The translations under genes were made by a program, and so were the position numbers. Shown here one piece after another: positions 31,663-43,224 of a DNA stretch of 64,000 nt. The notes beneath the pieces were generated by a model. The model was not told the origin of the DNA and searched no databases. It worked only from the letters and a program-made list of their open reading frames with translations. The stretch covers positions 384,001 to 448,000 of the forward strand of contig CAWBAT010000006.1 of assembly GCA_963786955.1 (NCBI GenBank), given 5' to 3'. Each line of letters opens with the position of its first letter. The first letter of the stretch is position 1. Origin of the DNA: an uncultured Acidimicrobiia bacterium (GTDB taxonomy: Bacteria > Acidobacteriota > Terriglobia > Versatilivoradales > Versatilivoraceae).

Positions 31663-32520
31663 CTAGGAAGGGTTTGCTTTCTTAGGTTTCCAATAGCTCT
31701 CACCTTGAGCGCGCATCCCGTCCAGGACGCGCTGGACCTCGCCAATTTTCTGTCTCACTTCCGTTTCATCGGCATGGCGCGAAACGTAAATCGGGGGAGC
31801 CTTAAAAACCATCGCGCGCGTGTAGGGGAGCGGGATCTGGGCTTGATCCCAACTGTTCAGCTGGATTTTCTTCTCTAGAGCAATATGAAAGCAGAAGATG
31901 GGATCTCCCGTTTTGCGGGCAAGCAAAACTGGCCCTGGCTTTGCTTGATAGCGAGGACCCCGAGGCCCATCAACGCTAAAGCACACCTCACGGCCTTTTC
32001 GAAGGGAATGCGCCATTTCCGCCAGAGCCTTGAGCCCTCCGCGCGAGCTTGATCCCCGGGCAGCACCGTACCCCTGCTTTTGAATACAGCGGGCGATGTA
32101 TTCGCCATCGAAGTTCTGGCTCGTCATGACAACCATACCTCTTTTTCTCCAATAATAGATCGCCGGGAATATTCGACCGTGCCAGAACGCGAAAATGGGG
32201 CGCTTGCCTTCCTGATAGATCTGGTCGAGGTGTTCATCTCCCTGACTTTCCCAGCGAATGGTTCTCCCGATCAAACTCACGAGCCATGAAGCCACTTGAG
32301 CAATGACTGGGATGGTAATCTTCTGCCAAACTGTGAACTCACGACGGATAGCCCAGTACGCTACTCCACGGGAATCGGCGCTCTCGGAACGAGCGTTTTC
32401 TTGATTTGGTTTGCCAGTGGACATCTTAAATGAGAAGACATTGGACAGAGCCAGCTTCTGGCTCCGCGTGATAACCCCTTCGGGGGTCCTGGATCGCACA
32501 ACGGGAAAGTGTTGACTCAA
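31663..32520 (-). CDS. Lysophospholipid acyltransferase family protein (DUF374-like)
   Basis: FWHGR, SQNFDGE, RGSSSRGG, DGPRGP, SWD. True start probably downstream of 32520. Confidence 0.88.
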   Translation of the reverse strand: MSQHFPVVRSRTPEGVITRSQKLALSNVFSFKMSTGKPNQENARSESADSRGVAYWAIRREFTVWQKITIPVIAQVASWLVSLIGRTIRWESQGDEHLDQIYQEGKRPIFAFWHGRIFPAIYYWRKRGMVVMTSQNFDGEYIARCIQKQGYGAARGSSSRGGLKALAEMAHSLRKGREVCFSVDGPRGPRYQAKPGPVLLARKTGDPIFCFHIALEKKIQLNSWDQAQIPLPYTRAMVFKAPPIYVSRHADETEVRQKIGEVQRVLDGMRAQGESYWKPKKANPS

Positions 32521-32559
32521 ATTGCACGGCCACGGACGAGCAGAGGCGAATGGTTCCGG

Positions 32560-33552
32560 TCAGTCTTCCTTCCGAAGCTCTTTCACCATCTCAGTCAGCA
32601 CCGGAACGATTTGAAAAACATCGCCTACGATTCCGTAATCCGCCACGCTAAAGATTGGCGCATTCGGATCTTTGTTAATGGCTACAATACAACCAGAGTT
32701 GGACATGCCGACCAGATGCTGAATTGCACCGGATATCCCGCAGGCGATATAGAGCTTCGGAGACACGGTCTGGCCCGAACTTCCAATTTGATGCTCTTTG
32801 GGCAGCCATTCCCCGTCCGTTACCGGTCGGGAGGCCCCCAAAGCTGCCCCCAGTGCTTCGCCCAACTCCACAATGATTTGAAATTTCTCTTTGCTCCCCA
32901 GTCCTCTTCCCCCGGCGACGATGATCTCTGCCTGGCTTAGATCGACCTTGCCTTGGACGGCCTGGACAACTTGCAGGACTTTCCTCTTGAGCAAGGTTTC
33001 CGGTAGGTCCGCATTGAAGTCAACAACTCGAGGCAAGAGACTTGAGTTCACCTCATAGGCACTGAAGGCTCCTTGCTGCAGGGAAACAAAATAGGGCGGC
33101 TCTCCTTTTAATCCCGCATGCAAATTGAGCTTCCCATAATATACCTGGCGCAGAAAAACTGGCCGCCCCTCCTCAATCTGGAATTCCACACAGTTGGGAA
33201 TAAACCCACGGTCAAGGCTTGCGGCCAGTCTGGGAGCGAAGTCCATCACCTGGTAGGTGTGCCCCATCAAGAACAAGTAAGGATTTTCTCTGGCTGCCAA
33301 CTGCTTCAAGGCCGCACAATAGGCTTCGGGAGTGTAGTCCATGAGGATGGGGGACGTCACATGGATGACCGTTTCCCCGGTTCTGTCGGCAACCCCACGG
33401 GCAAGTTCTTCGATGCCATCTCCCAACACGACGACGTTCAGTTCCTTGCCCAATTTTTGCGCAAGCGTCTGCCCAAACCCGATGGTCTCCCAGGCGATTG
33501 ATTTCAATTTCCCTGCCCTATGTTCCGCCAGGGCGAAAATTTTTTCTGACAT
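32560..33552 (-). CDS. etfA: Electron transfer flavoprotein alpha subunit
   Basis: AGGRGLG, GASRP, QIGSSGQTVSPKLYIACGISGAIQHLVGM, INKD. Confidence 0.96.
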   Translation of the reverse strand: MSEKIFALAEHRAGKLKSIAWETIGFGQTLAQKLGKELNVVVLGDGIEELARGVADRTGETVIHVTSPILMDYTPEAYCAALKQLAARENPYLFLMGHTYQVMDFAPRLAASLDRGFIPNCVEFQIEEGRPVFLRQVYYGKLNLHAGLKGEPPYFVSLQQGAFSAYEVNSSLLPRVVDFNADLPETLLKRKVLQVVQAVQGKVDLSQAEIIVAGGRGLGSKEKFQIIVELGEALGAALGASRPVTDGEWLPKEHQIGSSGQTVSPKLYIACGISGAIQHLVGMSNSGCIVAINKDPNAPIFSVADYGIVGDVFQIVPVLTEMVKELRKED

Positions 33553-34347
33553 CTAGAGCACCTTCGCCACTTTCCGCAACTGTTCGACCAGCGCCCTGGC
33601 CGTTTCATCCGGGGTTCCGGTAAGCAGCATCGTCTTTTTCTTTTTTTCCGGGAAAGAAAATTTCAGGTGTTGAATTTTGGAACCCTGTTCGCCTACTTCT
33701 TCCGGGGTTAGTCCCAAATCCGTACAAGTATATTCTCTGATTTCCTTTTTCTTGGCCTGCATGATTCCCTTCAAAGTTGCATAACGCGGCTGGTTTATCC
33801 CAGACTGAATGGTGAGAACAGCCGGGAGAGGGATCTCTACCTCCTCGAAGAGATTGCTTTCTAATTCACGTCGGATGCGGGCTGGACAGCCTTCACCTTT
33901 GATTTCCGCCTCAATGACCATGGTGGCATGAAACCAGCTCAGGAAATGCGCAACGAGAGTTCCCGTTTGTCCAAACGACAAGTCGTCCGACTGGACTCCG
34001 GTAAACACCACATCAACGTGTTCCTTTTGAATGGCCCGTGCCAAGGCTCGTGCAGTCACAAACGCGTCACTACCAATAAACGCCGGATCATTGACGTGGA
34101 TCCCTCGGTCTGCCCCCATCGCGAGGGCATTCTTGAGAGTCTTCATCACACGATCCCTACCCAGAGAAAGAACGACTACTTCTCCCCCGAGTTTCTCTTT
34201 GAGCCGGAGGGCCTCTTCCAGCGCATACTGGTCACTTTCATTGGTTTCAAAAACCAGGTCTTCTTCTTGGATGGACACTCCCGATGCGTCAATTTTAAAT
34301 CGGGAGTCTTTTTCGGGAACCTGTTTGAGGCAAACGAGAATTTGCAT
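33553..34347 (-). CDS. etfB: Electron transfer flavoprotein beta subunit
   Basis: VCLKQVP, ALAMGAD, INQPRYATLKGIM. Confidence 0.96.
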   Translation of the reverse strand: MQILVCLKQVPEKDSRFKIDASGVSIQEEDLVFETNESDQYALEEALRLKEKLGGEVVVLSLGRDRVMKTLKNALAMGADRGIHVNDPAFIGSDAFVTARALARAIQKEHVDVVFTGVQSDDLSFGQTGTLVAHFLSWFHATMVIEAEIKGEGCPARIRRELESNLFEEVEIPLPAVLTIQSGINQPRYATLKGIMQAKKKEIREYTCTDLGLTPEEVGEQGSKIQHLKFSFPEKKKKTMLLTGTPDETARALVEQLRKVAKVL

Positions 34348-34356
34348 GGCGTCTTT

Positions 34357-34820
34357 TTACAGTGCGCTCAGGGCCTGGACCAATTCCTTATTATCGCGTT
34401 GCTGTGGAATGTCATAGACTTTGACGTAGCGGACGATTCCTTCTCGATCAATAATCACCGTAGCTCTATTGAGTGATCCCTTTGTCTGCCAGATAAAGCC
34501 CAAATTTTTCCGCAACGTTCCCTTTGGGATGAAAGTCGGCGAGCAAGGGGTATCCTATTTTTAAATGTTGAGCAAAGGCTTTATGAGTCCAGGCACTATC
34601 GACGCTGATACCCAAGACCTGCGCATTCAGGGTTTCAAATTGTTTTAAGTCGTCAAGAAAGCAGGCATGTTCTTTGCTGCAAACAGGACTAAAATCGAGT
34701 GGATAAAAGGCCAATACAACATTCTTGCCCTTGAAACCCGATAAACTGACTTCATTTTGATTTTGATCTTTAAGTTTAAAGTCCGGGAGCTTGTTGACCT
34801 GCTTTGATGACTTCTGCCAT
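34357..34820 (-). CDS. Peroxiredoxin/redoxin (AhpC/TSA family), frameshifted
   Basis: FYPLDFSPVC, GISVDS, LLADF; GGAGG RBS before MAEVIK. Confidence 0.87.
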
Positions 34821-35048
34821 GATTCCTCCAGATTGTGTTAAGATTCGTACCTTCTGTCATACTGACTTTTCTTCAATTGACGAAAACCGACGACGAGAGC
34901 CGTGTTTCGTCGTAAGAGTTATTTACCTTATTGCATCCATCCAAGGTTGTCAATACCGCCACCCTGAGTCAAGGTTCCAGAAACTTAGACTCTCACGGAT
35001 GGAAGCGGACTCCTGATCTGTGAAGTCAAGTCCTCAGGAAAGTACCAA

Positions 35049-36070
35049 ATGATGAGAACTCAACCGACGGGTATTCGCCTCAATTACCCTCTCCTTCCTG
35101 GCTGGCTGATGCGAGGGTTAACATTCCTTTGCATCGTCGGATTGATGATTCTATTGAGCTCTTGCGGCCGAAGAAAGCAAAGAGTCGTCGCAGTAGTTCC
35201 AAAGGGACATGGGAGTATTTTTTGGGAAACAGTTCATGCAGGGGCACGAGCGGCCGGAGCAAAATTTGGCGTTTCTATTCTTTGGAACGGTCCTGCTTCG
35301 GAAATCGAAGTCAGTAAGCAGATTAATATTGTCGAAGATTTCATCAATCGCCATGTTGACGGCCTTGTTGTCGCTCCATCAGATTCTAAGGCTCTGGTAC
35401 CCGTCATTGAAAGCGCCTCAGCACACGGGATTCCCGTAACGATTTTTGACTCGGGGGCGCAGACCGAGAACTACATCTCGTTTGTCTCTACCGACAACTA
35501 CCAAGGAGGCGTCACGGCAGCCCATCGGATGGCCCAAATTTTAAAGCAGACCGGAAATGTGGCTATCGTCGGGGTACTCCCGGGCAGCGCTTCAACCACC
35601 CAACGTGAGGAAGGATTTAAGGCGACGCTGGCTAAACAATACCCGAATCTCAAGGATCGTCGCTTTTCAATACGGAATGGCAGATCGCGCCAGGTCGTTA
35701 GCTGTCACAGAAGACATTCTGACGGCTAACCCCGGACTGGACGGGATCTTCGGCCCCAATGAGTCGAGCGCTCTCGGAGCCTCCCAGGCAGTCAAAATGC
35801 GGGGGCTTGCCAATAAGGTCAAAATCGTTGGGTTCGACTCTTCACCTAGTCTCATCACCGATATCCAAGAAGGCATTATCGATTCTCTGGTCGTGCAGAA
35901 TCCTTTCGTCGATGGGATTTGAGGGGGTAAGAACAATTTGTGAAAAACTCGATGGAAAAACTCCGCCGCGCCGCCTCGATACGGGTGTTACCCTTGTGAC
36001 GAAAGAAAATCTCTCCGATCCCAAAATCCAACAGCTACTCAATCCGGAATTGAAAAATTACAAAGAATAA
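35049..36070 (+). CDS. Sugar ABC transporter substrate-binding lipoprotein (RbsB-like), frameshifted
   Basis: LSSC lipobox, VPKG..FW, TDNYQGG, VGFD, VVQNP, DTGV. Confidence 0.88.
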
Positions 36071-37048
36071 TGAAAGATATCCTCCGGAAGCTTCTTCCGT
36101 ATCTCTGCTTCGCTGCACTCTTCCTTCTGCTATCCATCCTCTCCCCATACTTCCTGACGTTCGCAAACCTTTCTACCGTCGCCCGGCAGACTGCCGTTAT
36201 TAATATTATCGCCATCGGAATGACTCTCGTCATTATCTCGGGCGGGGTCGACCTCTCAGTCGGCTCTGTCCTTGCATTGACCGGGGTGTGTGGGACTTTA
36301 CTCATGGAAAAAGGTGTGCCCATGTTCCCCGCGACTCTTCTAGGGATTTTGGCGGGAGCCACTTGGGGGTTATTGACTGGATTCGTCATCACCCTTTTCA
36401 AGGTTCCGCGCGTTTATTGCCACACTGGGAGGATTAGGGATGGCAAGAGGGTTGTCCCTGTTGATCACGGATGGGAGGCCCGTGACGGAGATCCCGAAGG
36501 GATTTGGCAGGTTGGGAGATGGGAATTTTTTGAAAGTTATTCCAATCCCAGTCGTGATCCTGGTCGGCGTCGCTTGCGTGATCTCTTATGTCCTTCGCTA
36601 TACCCGTCTGGGGAGATACGCCTATGCGATGGGTGGCAACCGGCAGGCTGCTTATCTTTCCGGAGTGAACCTGACCTTATGCAGCCTCTCATTTTACACG
36701 ATTCTCGGCGCCCTCACGGGTTTGGCGGGAATGATCGAGTCCTCCAGACTTATCACTGGACAGCCAACTGCCGGCGAAGGTTACGAACTGAGAGCCATTG
36801 CCGCCGTGGTGATTGGAGGAGGAAGCCTCAATGGCGGGGCGGGGTCTGTATCTGGGACCACCATCGCGGCATTTATCATGAGTCTCCTCAGCAATGGCTG
36901 TAACCTGCTGGATATCTCTCCTTTCATCCAACAAATTCTCATCGGAGCCATTATTGTTTTGGCTGTAGCGGTAGACGAATACCGCCGCCGGAAAGTCGGG
37001 TTAGTTTGTTGTGAAAATTCGGCTGGACGCGGCCAAAAACCCTTATGA
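36070..37048 (+). CDS. Sugar ABC transporter permease (RbsC-like), frameshifted
   Basis: GGVDLSVGS, YTRLGRYAYAMGGN, YELRAIAAVVIGG. Confidence 0.9.
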
Positions 37049-37184
37049 CGGGCTCCGGGCAGGAAAACAAACGAGCATAGACGCTGAACTATTTGAAAAT
37101 CGGGTGCTTGATTCTGGAAGTAATCCAATCGTTCTTTTCCTCCGAAACAGAGGATAGCCTGCTCTTAGCAATTCCTGGCCTAGC

Positions 37185-37788
37185 TTGTGGCCTAAAAGGA
37201 GAAATCAATGGACTCTCTCGGATCTCTTTTATTTCCTATGCATCGGAGTGGTTATAATACATCCCCCTCTTTCTTTTGCACAAAATATTCCACCCTTAAT
37301 TGGAACTGAAATCAAGAACCCGGGAATCAAGATTCCAAACCCCATGGAACAAACTGGAGCTCAACGACAGAGCAACCATGGTCAGCAAACACCCACAAAA
37401 GCGCAGGAGAATGAAATTGGCAAGTTTATCGGGGGTCTAACCTCCGCCTATGGCAGCAGAAATCGCGAACTTGTTGCCTCTTCTTACTCACAAGACTCTG
37501 GATTAATCATTTTTTGGAACGGGAAGCGTTTAAACGGAGCCAATGGATTCAGTCAAGCCCTGGAGGGGTGGCTGAACCAGGTCGATACTCTTTCCATCGA
37601 GTTGCAGAGCCCGAAATTCACATATTGGGTCGATTCGCCTGGGTGTCCAGCCAATGCGGGTGAGAACCTGCAAAGTGGGAGTTGAGTCGACATTCGAAGG
37701 GACAATGACCTGGATTCTTGAAAGAAAGCGATCTGCCTGGGTCATCCTCCATGAACACCGCACTCTCCTGCCGGTTGAATCAAAATAA
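37185..37788 (+). CDS. Secreted NTF2/SnoaL-like domain protein (frameshifted)
   Basis: Signal-like N-terminus; C-terminus TWILERKRSAWVILHEH in the shifted frame. Confidence 0.6.
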
Positions 37789-37872
37789 TGTCGACAGAAC
37801 AATCCCCCCAAACCAAGCCAGATGGAGCCCCTAATTCCTGGCCAATCGGGCCATTGCAGATTAAGCTAATAT

Positions 37873-37919
37873 ATACTATATTTTGTGTTGGGTTGAGTAG
37901 AACACCCATTATTTTGTAC
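37873..37919. promoter_or_regulatory. Tandem NrdR boxes
   Basis: ATACTATATTTTGTGT (37873) and ACCCATTATTTTGTAC (37904) match acaCwAtATaTwGtgt, are 31 bp apart and lie upstream of nrdJ. Confidence 0.8.
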
Positions 37920-37937
37920 AAACTGGCAATTTTCTGC

Positions 37938-37965
37938 TTGACAAATAATCTGACCTGACTAGAAT
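37938..37965 (+). promoter_or_regulatory. Sigma70-type promoter for nrdJ
   Basis: TTGACA-N16-TAGAAT. Confidence 0.65.
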
Positions 37966-38093
37966 GCCACGCATTGCTGCAATGCCCTAAGGATCCAACC
38001 TGAAATTGTCCGCCAATACCGGCAAGGATTGCGGGATCTTGGGGCTAATAAAGGCAGTGCTGCGAGACAATTACCAAAAAGATCTACCTGTGC

Positions 38094-40815
38094 ATGACAG
38101 GAGGAGTTAAAATGCTACTCAAGGAGAGATCTGAGCGAGGAGAGGCTACAGCTTGGCACCAAGTACTGTTTCTTCAGAACGGTTGCTGCATTTCGAGAGG
38201 GTTTACACGACGCCCGGGCGTGCATCCATTTGATGAGATCAAATGGGAAAATCGAAAGGCATCCATATCGAATGAGAAAGGCGAGACCATTTTCGAACAA
38301 GCCGATGTAGAGGTTCCAGTCTAGTTGGTCCATGATGGCCACCAACGTGGTGGTTTCGAAGTATTTCCGCCGCTCGAACGATGGGAAAGGCCGCGAAAAT
38401 AGCGTCCGTCAGCTCATTGGAAGGGTCGTCAATACAATCTCTCATTGGGGCCGTGCAAGGGGGATATTTTGCGACCGCTGAGGAAGCGGATACTTTTGAG
38501 GCGGAGCTTTGTCATCTTCTGGTAGATCAGAAAGCCTCCTTTAATAGCCCTGTCTGGTTCAACTGCGGAATCGAGGCCAAGCCGCAGTGTTCAGCCTGTT
38601 TCATTAATTCCGTGCAAGATCGGATGGATTCGATATTGGACCTGGCAAAAACCGAAGGAATGCTTTTCAAATGGGGTAGCGGGACCGGAACGAATCTCTC
38701 GGTGATTCGTTCTTCCAAGGAATTGCTTTCAAGCGGAGGCCAAGCTTCCGGTCCGGTTTCATTTATGAAAGGGTATGACGCGTTTGCGGGCGTCATTAAG
38801 TCTGGCGGAAAGACGCGTCGTGCCGCCAAGATGGTGATCTTCAATGTTGATCACCCCGACATCTCGATTTTATTATCTGTAAGGAAGAAGAAGAGAAGAA
38901 GGCCTGGGCATTGATCGCTGCCGGATATGACAGTTCATTCAATGGTCCAGCCTACAGCTCTGTCTTTCTTCCAGAACTCGAACAACAGCGTTCGTGTGAC
39001 GGACGAGTTCATGAAGGCGGTAAGTCGAAGACAAGGAGTGGAGTACGCGGGCGGTCACGACAGGCCAGCCAATGGAAACCTACAAGGCCAGAGAACTGAT
39101 GAAGAGCATGGCCAAAGCGGCTCATATTTGTGGAGACCCTGGTATGCAGTATGACGGCACTATCAACAATTGGCATACCTGCTCCAATACGGCGCGTATC
39201 AATGCCTCTAATCCTTGCAGTGAGTACATGTTCCTGGATGACACGGCCTGCAATCTCTCTTCTCTCAATCTCATGAAGTTTCGCAATCCCAGCGGGGATT
39301 TGGATGTTGAGAAATTCAGACACGCCGTGGATGTCATGATCACGGCCCAGGAAATTATTGTTGCCAATGCCAGCTACCCAACACCTGCGATCGGAAAAGA
39401 ACAGCCATCTTTTCCGACCTTTGGGGCTGGGTTATGCCAATCTGGGTGCCTTGCTGATGTCGCTTGGCATCCCTTACGACAGTGACTCGGGCAGATCTTA
39501 CGCTGCGGCCATCACGGCTCTGATGTGCGGTCAGGCTTATCACACCTCGGCTCTGATTGCTGGAGATTTGGGTCCCTTTGCCGAATTTCCGATCAATCGG
39601 GAACCGATGTTGCAGGTGATTCGGAAACATCGGGCAGCCGCCGCAAAAGATCAATCCGACCCATGATTCCTTCAGATCTTTACACTGCCGCCCAGCGCGC
39701 CTGGAGTGACGCATTGGCCACCGGAGAACAGAACGGCTATAAAAACTCCCAGGTCACTGTATTGGCTCCAACGGGAACGATTGGTTTCATGATGGACTGC
39801 GATACCACTGGCGTTGAGCCGGACATCGCCTTGGTCAAATACAAGAAATTGGTGGGCGGCGGTCTGCTTAAGATCGTGAATCAGACCGTCCCGGAAGCTC
39901 TGCGGCGTTTGAAATATTCCGACGCACAAATCAATGACATCATCAAGTACATTGATGAAAATGAAACGATTGAAGGCGCCCCCACCTTAAAGAGGATCAT
40001 TTGCCCGTCTTTGACTGTGCGTTTAAGCCTCTCAATGGAGTCCGTTCAATCCACTACACGGGCCACTTGAAAATGATGGCTGCCGTGCAACCTTTTCTGT
40101 CGGGGCCATTTCCAAGACTGTCAATATGCCGGAAGAAGTGACGGTTGAGGAAGTTGAACAGGCCTATATCGAAGGGTGGAAGCTGGGACTCAAATCCCTG
40201 GCGATTTATCGCGATGGATCTAAGCGCTCTCAACCTTTGAATACAAGTCTGCAGGAGGCCAAACAGGAGAGCCGCCAAACCGATTCGCCGCCGTCTACCG
40301 GATGAACGAAAATCGATCACACACAAGTTCAGCATTGCGGGTCATGACGGATACATTACCGTGGGAATGTACGATGACGGAACCCCGGTGAGATTTTCGT
40401 CGTGATGGCGAAACAGGGCTCGGTCGTTTCCGGGTTGATGGATACAGTGGCCACATCAATTTCTCTGGCCTTGCAGTATGGGGTTCCCTTGAAGGTGTTG
40501 GTCGATAAGTTCAGCCATAGCCGGTTTGAGCCTTCTGGGTTTACCAACAACCCTTCGATACCAATCGCGAAATCAATTGTCGATTACATTTTCCGCTGGC
40601 TTGGGCAAAAATTCCTCTCAACGGCAGAACATGTTCCAGCCGGGAATTCCGGATCGGCAGAAGTGGGACAGGCAGAATCCATGCAGATTCATGAGCGCCA
40701 GGTGTTCCAGTCGCAAGCCGATGCACCACCTTGTCCTGAATGCGGCGCCATCATGGTTCGCAATGCGGCTTGTTATAAATGTCTCAATTGCGGGACGACC
40801 AACGGATGCAGCTAG
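38094..40815 (+). CDS. nrdJ: Vitamin B12-dependent class II ribonucleotide reductase (multiple frameshifts)
   Basis: [57 protein letters not shown]-like region and C-terminal CPECG..CLNCG..GCS. Confidence 0.93.
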
Positions 40816-40846
40816 TGTCTGGGGCGGGGAGCCCGGCACTCCTGCG

Positions 40847-41193
40847 TCATCCTGGGGGCCAAAGCATCGGTCTCCCCGCCAATAAATGCAGATGGATGTG
40901 AAAGACAGATTGTCCAGCATTTGGTCCGGTATTGATGACCGTTCGGTAACCGGTTTTCTCGATTCCACGTTCAAGAGCAAGCTCCTTGGCGATGAAGACG
41001 AGGTGACCCAACAGTCGTTTCATCATCTGCTCCCATGTCGTTGAGGGACTCGATGTGTCTCTTGGGGATAACTAGCAGATGCACCGGCGCTTTAGGGATG
41101 AATGTCTTCAAACGCAAGGCAGTCATCGTCTTCGAAAATAATTTTCGCCGGAATTTCTTTCTTAGAGATCCGGCAGAAAACGCAGGTCGTCAT
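40847..41193 (-). CDS. Histidine triad nucleotide-binding protein (HinT-like), frameshifted
   Basis: [36 protein letters not shown] and [14 protein letters not shown]; absent from the ORF track as a single ORF. Confidence 0.88.
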
Positions 41194-42090
41194 CGTTCCT
41201 CTCCTCTCCAATAAGGATTCCCGCTTAGGTGGATCCCTTCCTGGCAATGACTACGCGTGGAATTTGATTAAAGTCCGTTTTGACTTGAATCTGGTCCCAA
41301 CCCTCACCCAGCAGGCTAAACATTCATCTTTCATATTGAAGCCAATCTCCATTAATAAATAACCTCTGGGTCTGAGGGCGCGAAGGGCTTGGGGAATGAG
41401 ACGCTCGTAAATAGTTAACCCGCGTTTCCCCGCTACCAAGGCCAGCCGGGGCTCCCATCCACGAACTTCTCTTTGCAAACCGGAGAAATCTTTCTCCGAA
41501 ACATACGGCGGATTGGAGACGATCCCATCCAGAATTTCTCCTCCCAATTCTGTTTGAGCGAGGACAAGCAGATCCCCATGCAGAAATTCCACCCGAGGCA
41601 ACACGTGGTGCTTGGTTGCATTCCGTCTGGCTACTTCCAGGGCGGCAAGAGAAAGATCTACGGCATAAACACGGGCCGAAGAGAGCAGTACCGCTAAACT
41701 CACCGCAATGCACCCAGAACCAGTTCCCACATCCATAATTCTCGGGTTCCGGAACACGGCTGAAAGCACACGCTTCGCGCCGCTTCGACCAAAAGTTCAG
41801 TCTCGGGACGCGGGATCAAGACATCCGGAGTGACTTCAAATTCCATCCCTAGAAATTCCTGTACCCCGAGAATGTATTGCAAGGGTTTGCCTTGGCTGCG
41901 TTCTGTGACGAAAGCGAAAAAAATCAGCCAATCGCTGGGGCTCCAGCTCTTCACGGCCGTGAGCAATCAGGTAACTTCTTTCTTGTCCAGAGACATGGCG
42001 CAATAGAGACTCTACGTCTTGCGCGGAATTCCCGATTCCATGCTGCTCCAAAATTCCTCTGGCCTCAGCCAGAGCTTCGAAGATCTTCAT
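41190..42090 (-). CDS. prmC: Release factor glutamine methyltransferase (frameshifted)
   Basis: [30 protein letters not shown]; follows prfA. Confidence 0.92.
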
Positions 42091-43215
42091 TGTTTTAAAG
42101 ATAGCGATGGGGGGATGACTGGGAACTGAACTAGGCGCTGATGGCCACTTCGCTTCTTTAGTCTCTCGGTCTGAAAGAATGTGACCAGAGCGTCGATCAC
42201 ATTCCCGATATCGCCTTCCATCATGCGGTCGAGCTGATGAATCGTGAGGCCGATACGGTGGTCGGTCAAACGATTTTGAGGGAAGTTATAGGTGCGAATT
42301 TTTTCGCTTCGATCTCCGGTTCCCACTTGAGATCTGCGGTCCTGCGCAATCGCCTTCCGTTGCTCTTCCAAGGCGAGATCGTAAAGACGTGAGCGCAGCA
42401 CGCGAAGTGCTTTTGACCGGTTCTTGATTTGAGACTTCTCATCCTGACAGGAAACAACCAAGCCAGTCGGCAAGTGAGTGATGCGTACGGCGGAATAAGT
42501 GGTGTTGACGGATTGTCCGCCTGGGCCGGAAGAACAGAATGTATCGATGCGCAGGTCTTTCTCACTGATAGCAATCTCGACTTCGTCAGCCTCCGGTAAA
42601 ACGGCGACCGTCACTGCTGATGTATGGACGCGACCGCTGCCCTCAGTGGCCGGAACCCGCTGAACACGGTGGACCCCGCTTTCGTACTTTAGACGGCTAA
42701 AGACCCGCTTGCCTTCGATAATGGCGATGACCTCTTTTAACCCGCCCACTCCCGAAGGACTGGAAGAAATGATCTCAACTTTCCAGCCTTGTGACTCGGC
42801 AAAACGTGAGTACATGCGGAAGATTTCTTGGGCAAACAAGCTCGCCTCATCTCCCCCTGTCCCCGCTCGAATTTCAAGTAAGACGTTCTTCTCGTCATTA
42901 GGATCCTTAGGGAGCAGGAGCAACTTGAGCTCTTCCTCGACCTTCGCGATCTTGCTTTCCAGCGAGGTCAGTTCTTCTTGGGCAAGGGCCCGAAGTTCTT
43001 CTTCTGACGCGTGGTCTATTAACATCTGCCGTGGCTTCGGCTATCTCAACCTTGAGCTGCTTATATTCCCGGTACTTTTCGACAATAGGGGTCAAATCAC
43101 TATGTGTCTTTGCATGTTTCTGGTATTTGGACGCATCCGCTAACACGTCGGGATCAATGATCAGGCGAGTGATCTCTTCGTACTTGGTTTCCAATAGTTC
43201 CAGCTTGTCAAACAT
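42087..43215 (-). CDS. prfA: Peptide chain release factor 1 (frameshift near 43030)
   Basis: [20 protein letters not shown] (PxT anticodon motif), GPGGQ, RTYNFPQ. Confidence 0.95.
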
Positions 43216-43224
43216 GAAAGATAT

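Noticed and set aside
34357-34820. Peroxiredoxin as a selenoprotein
   Set aside because: The peroxidatic codon in FSPVC is TGC (Cys), and the breaks are frameshifts.
42907-43215. Split release-factor gene as a programmed frameshift
   Set aside because: It is RF1 (PAT motif), not RF2. There is no CTT-TGA slippery site; a single extra base near 43030 in an indel-rich zone explains it.
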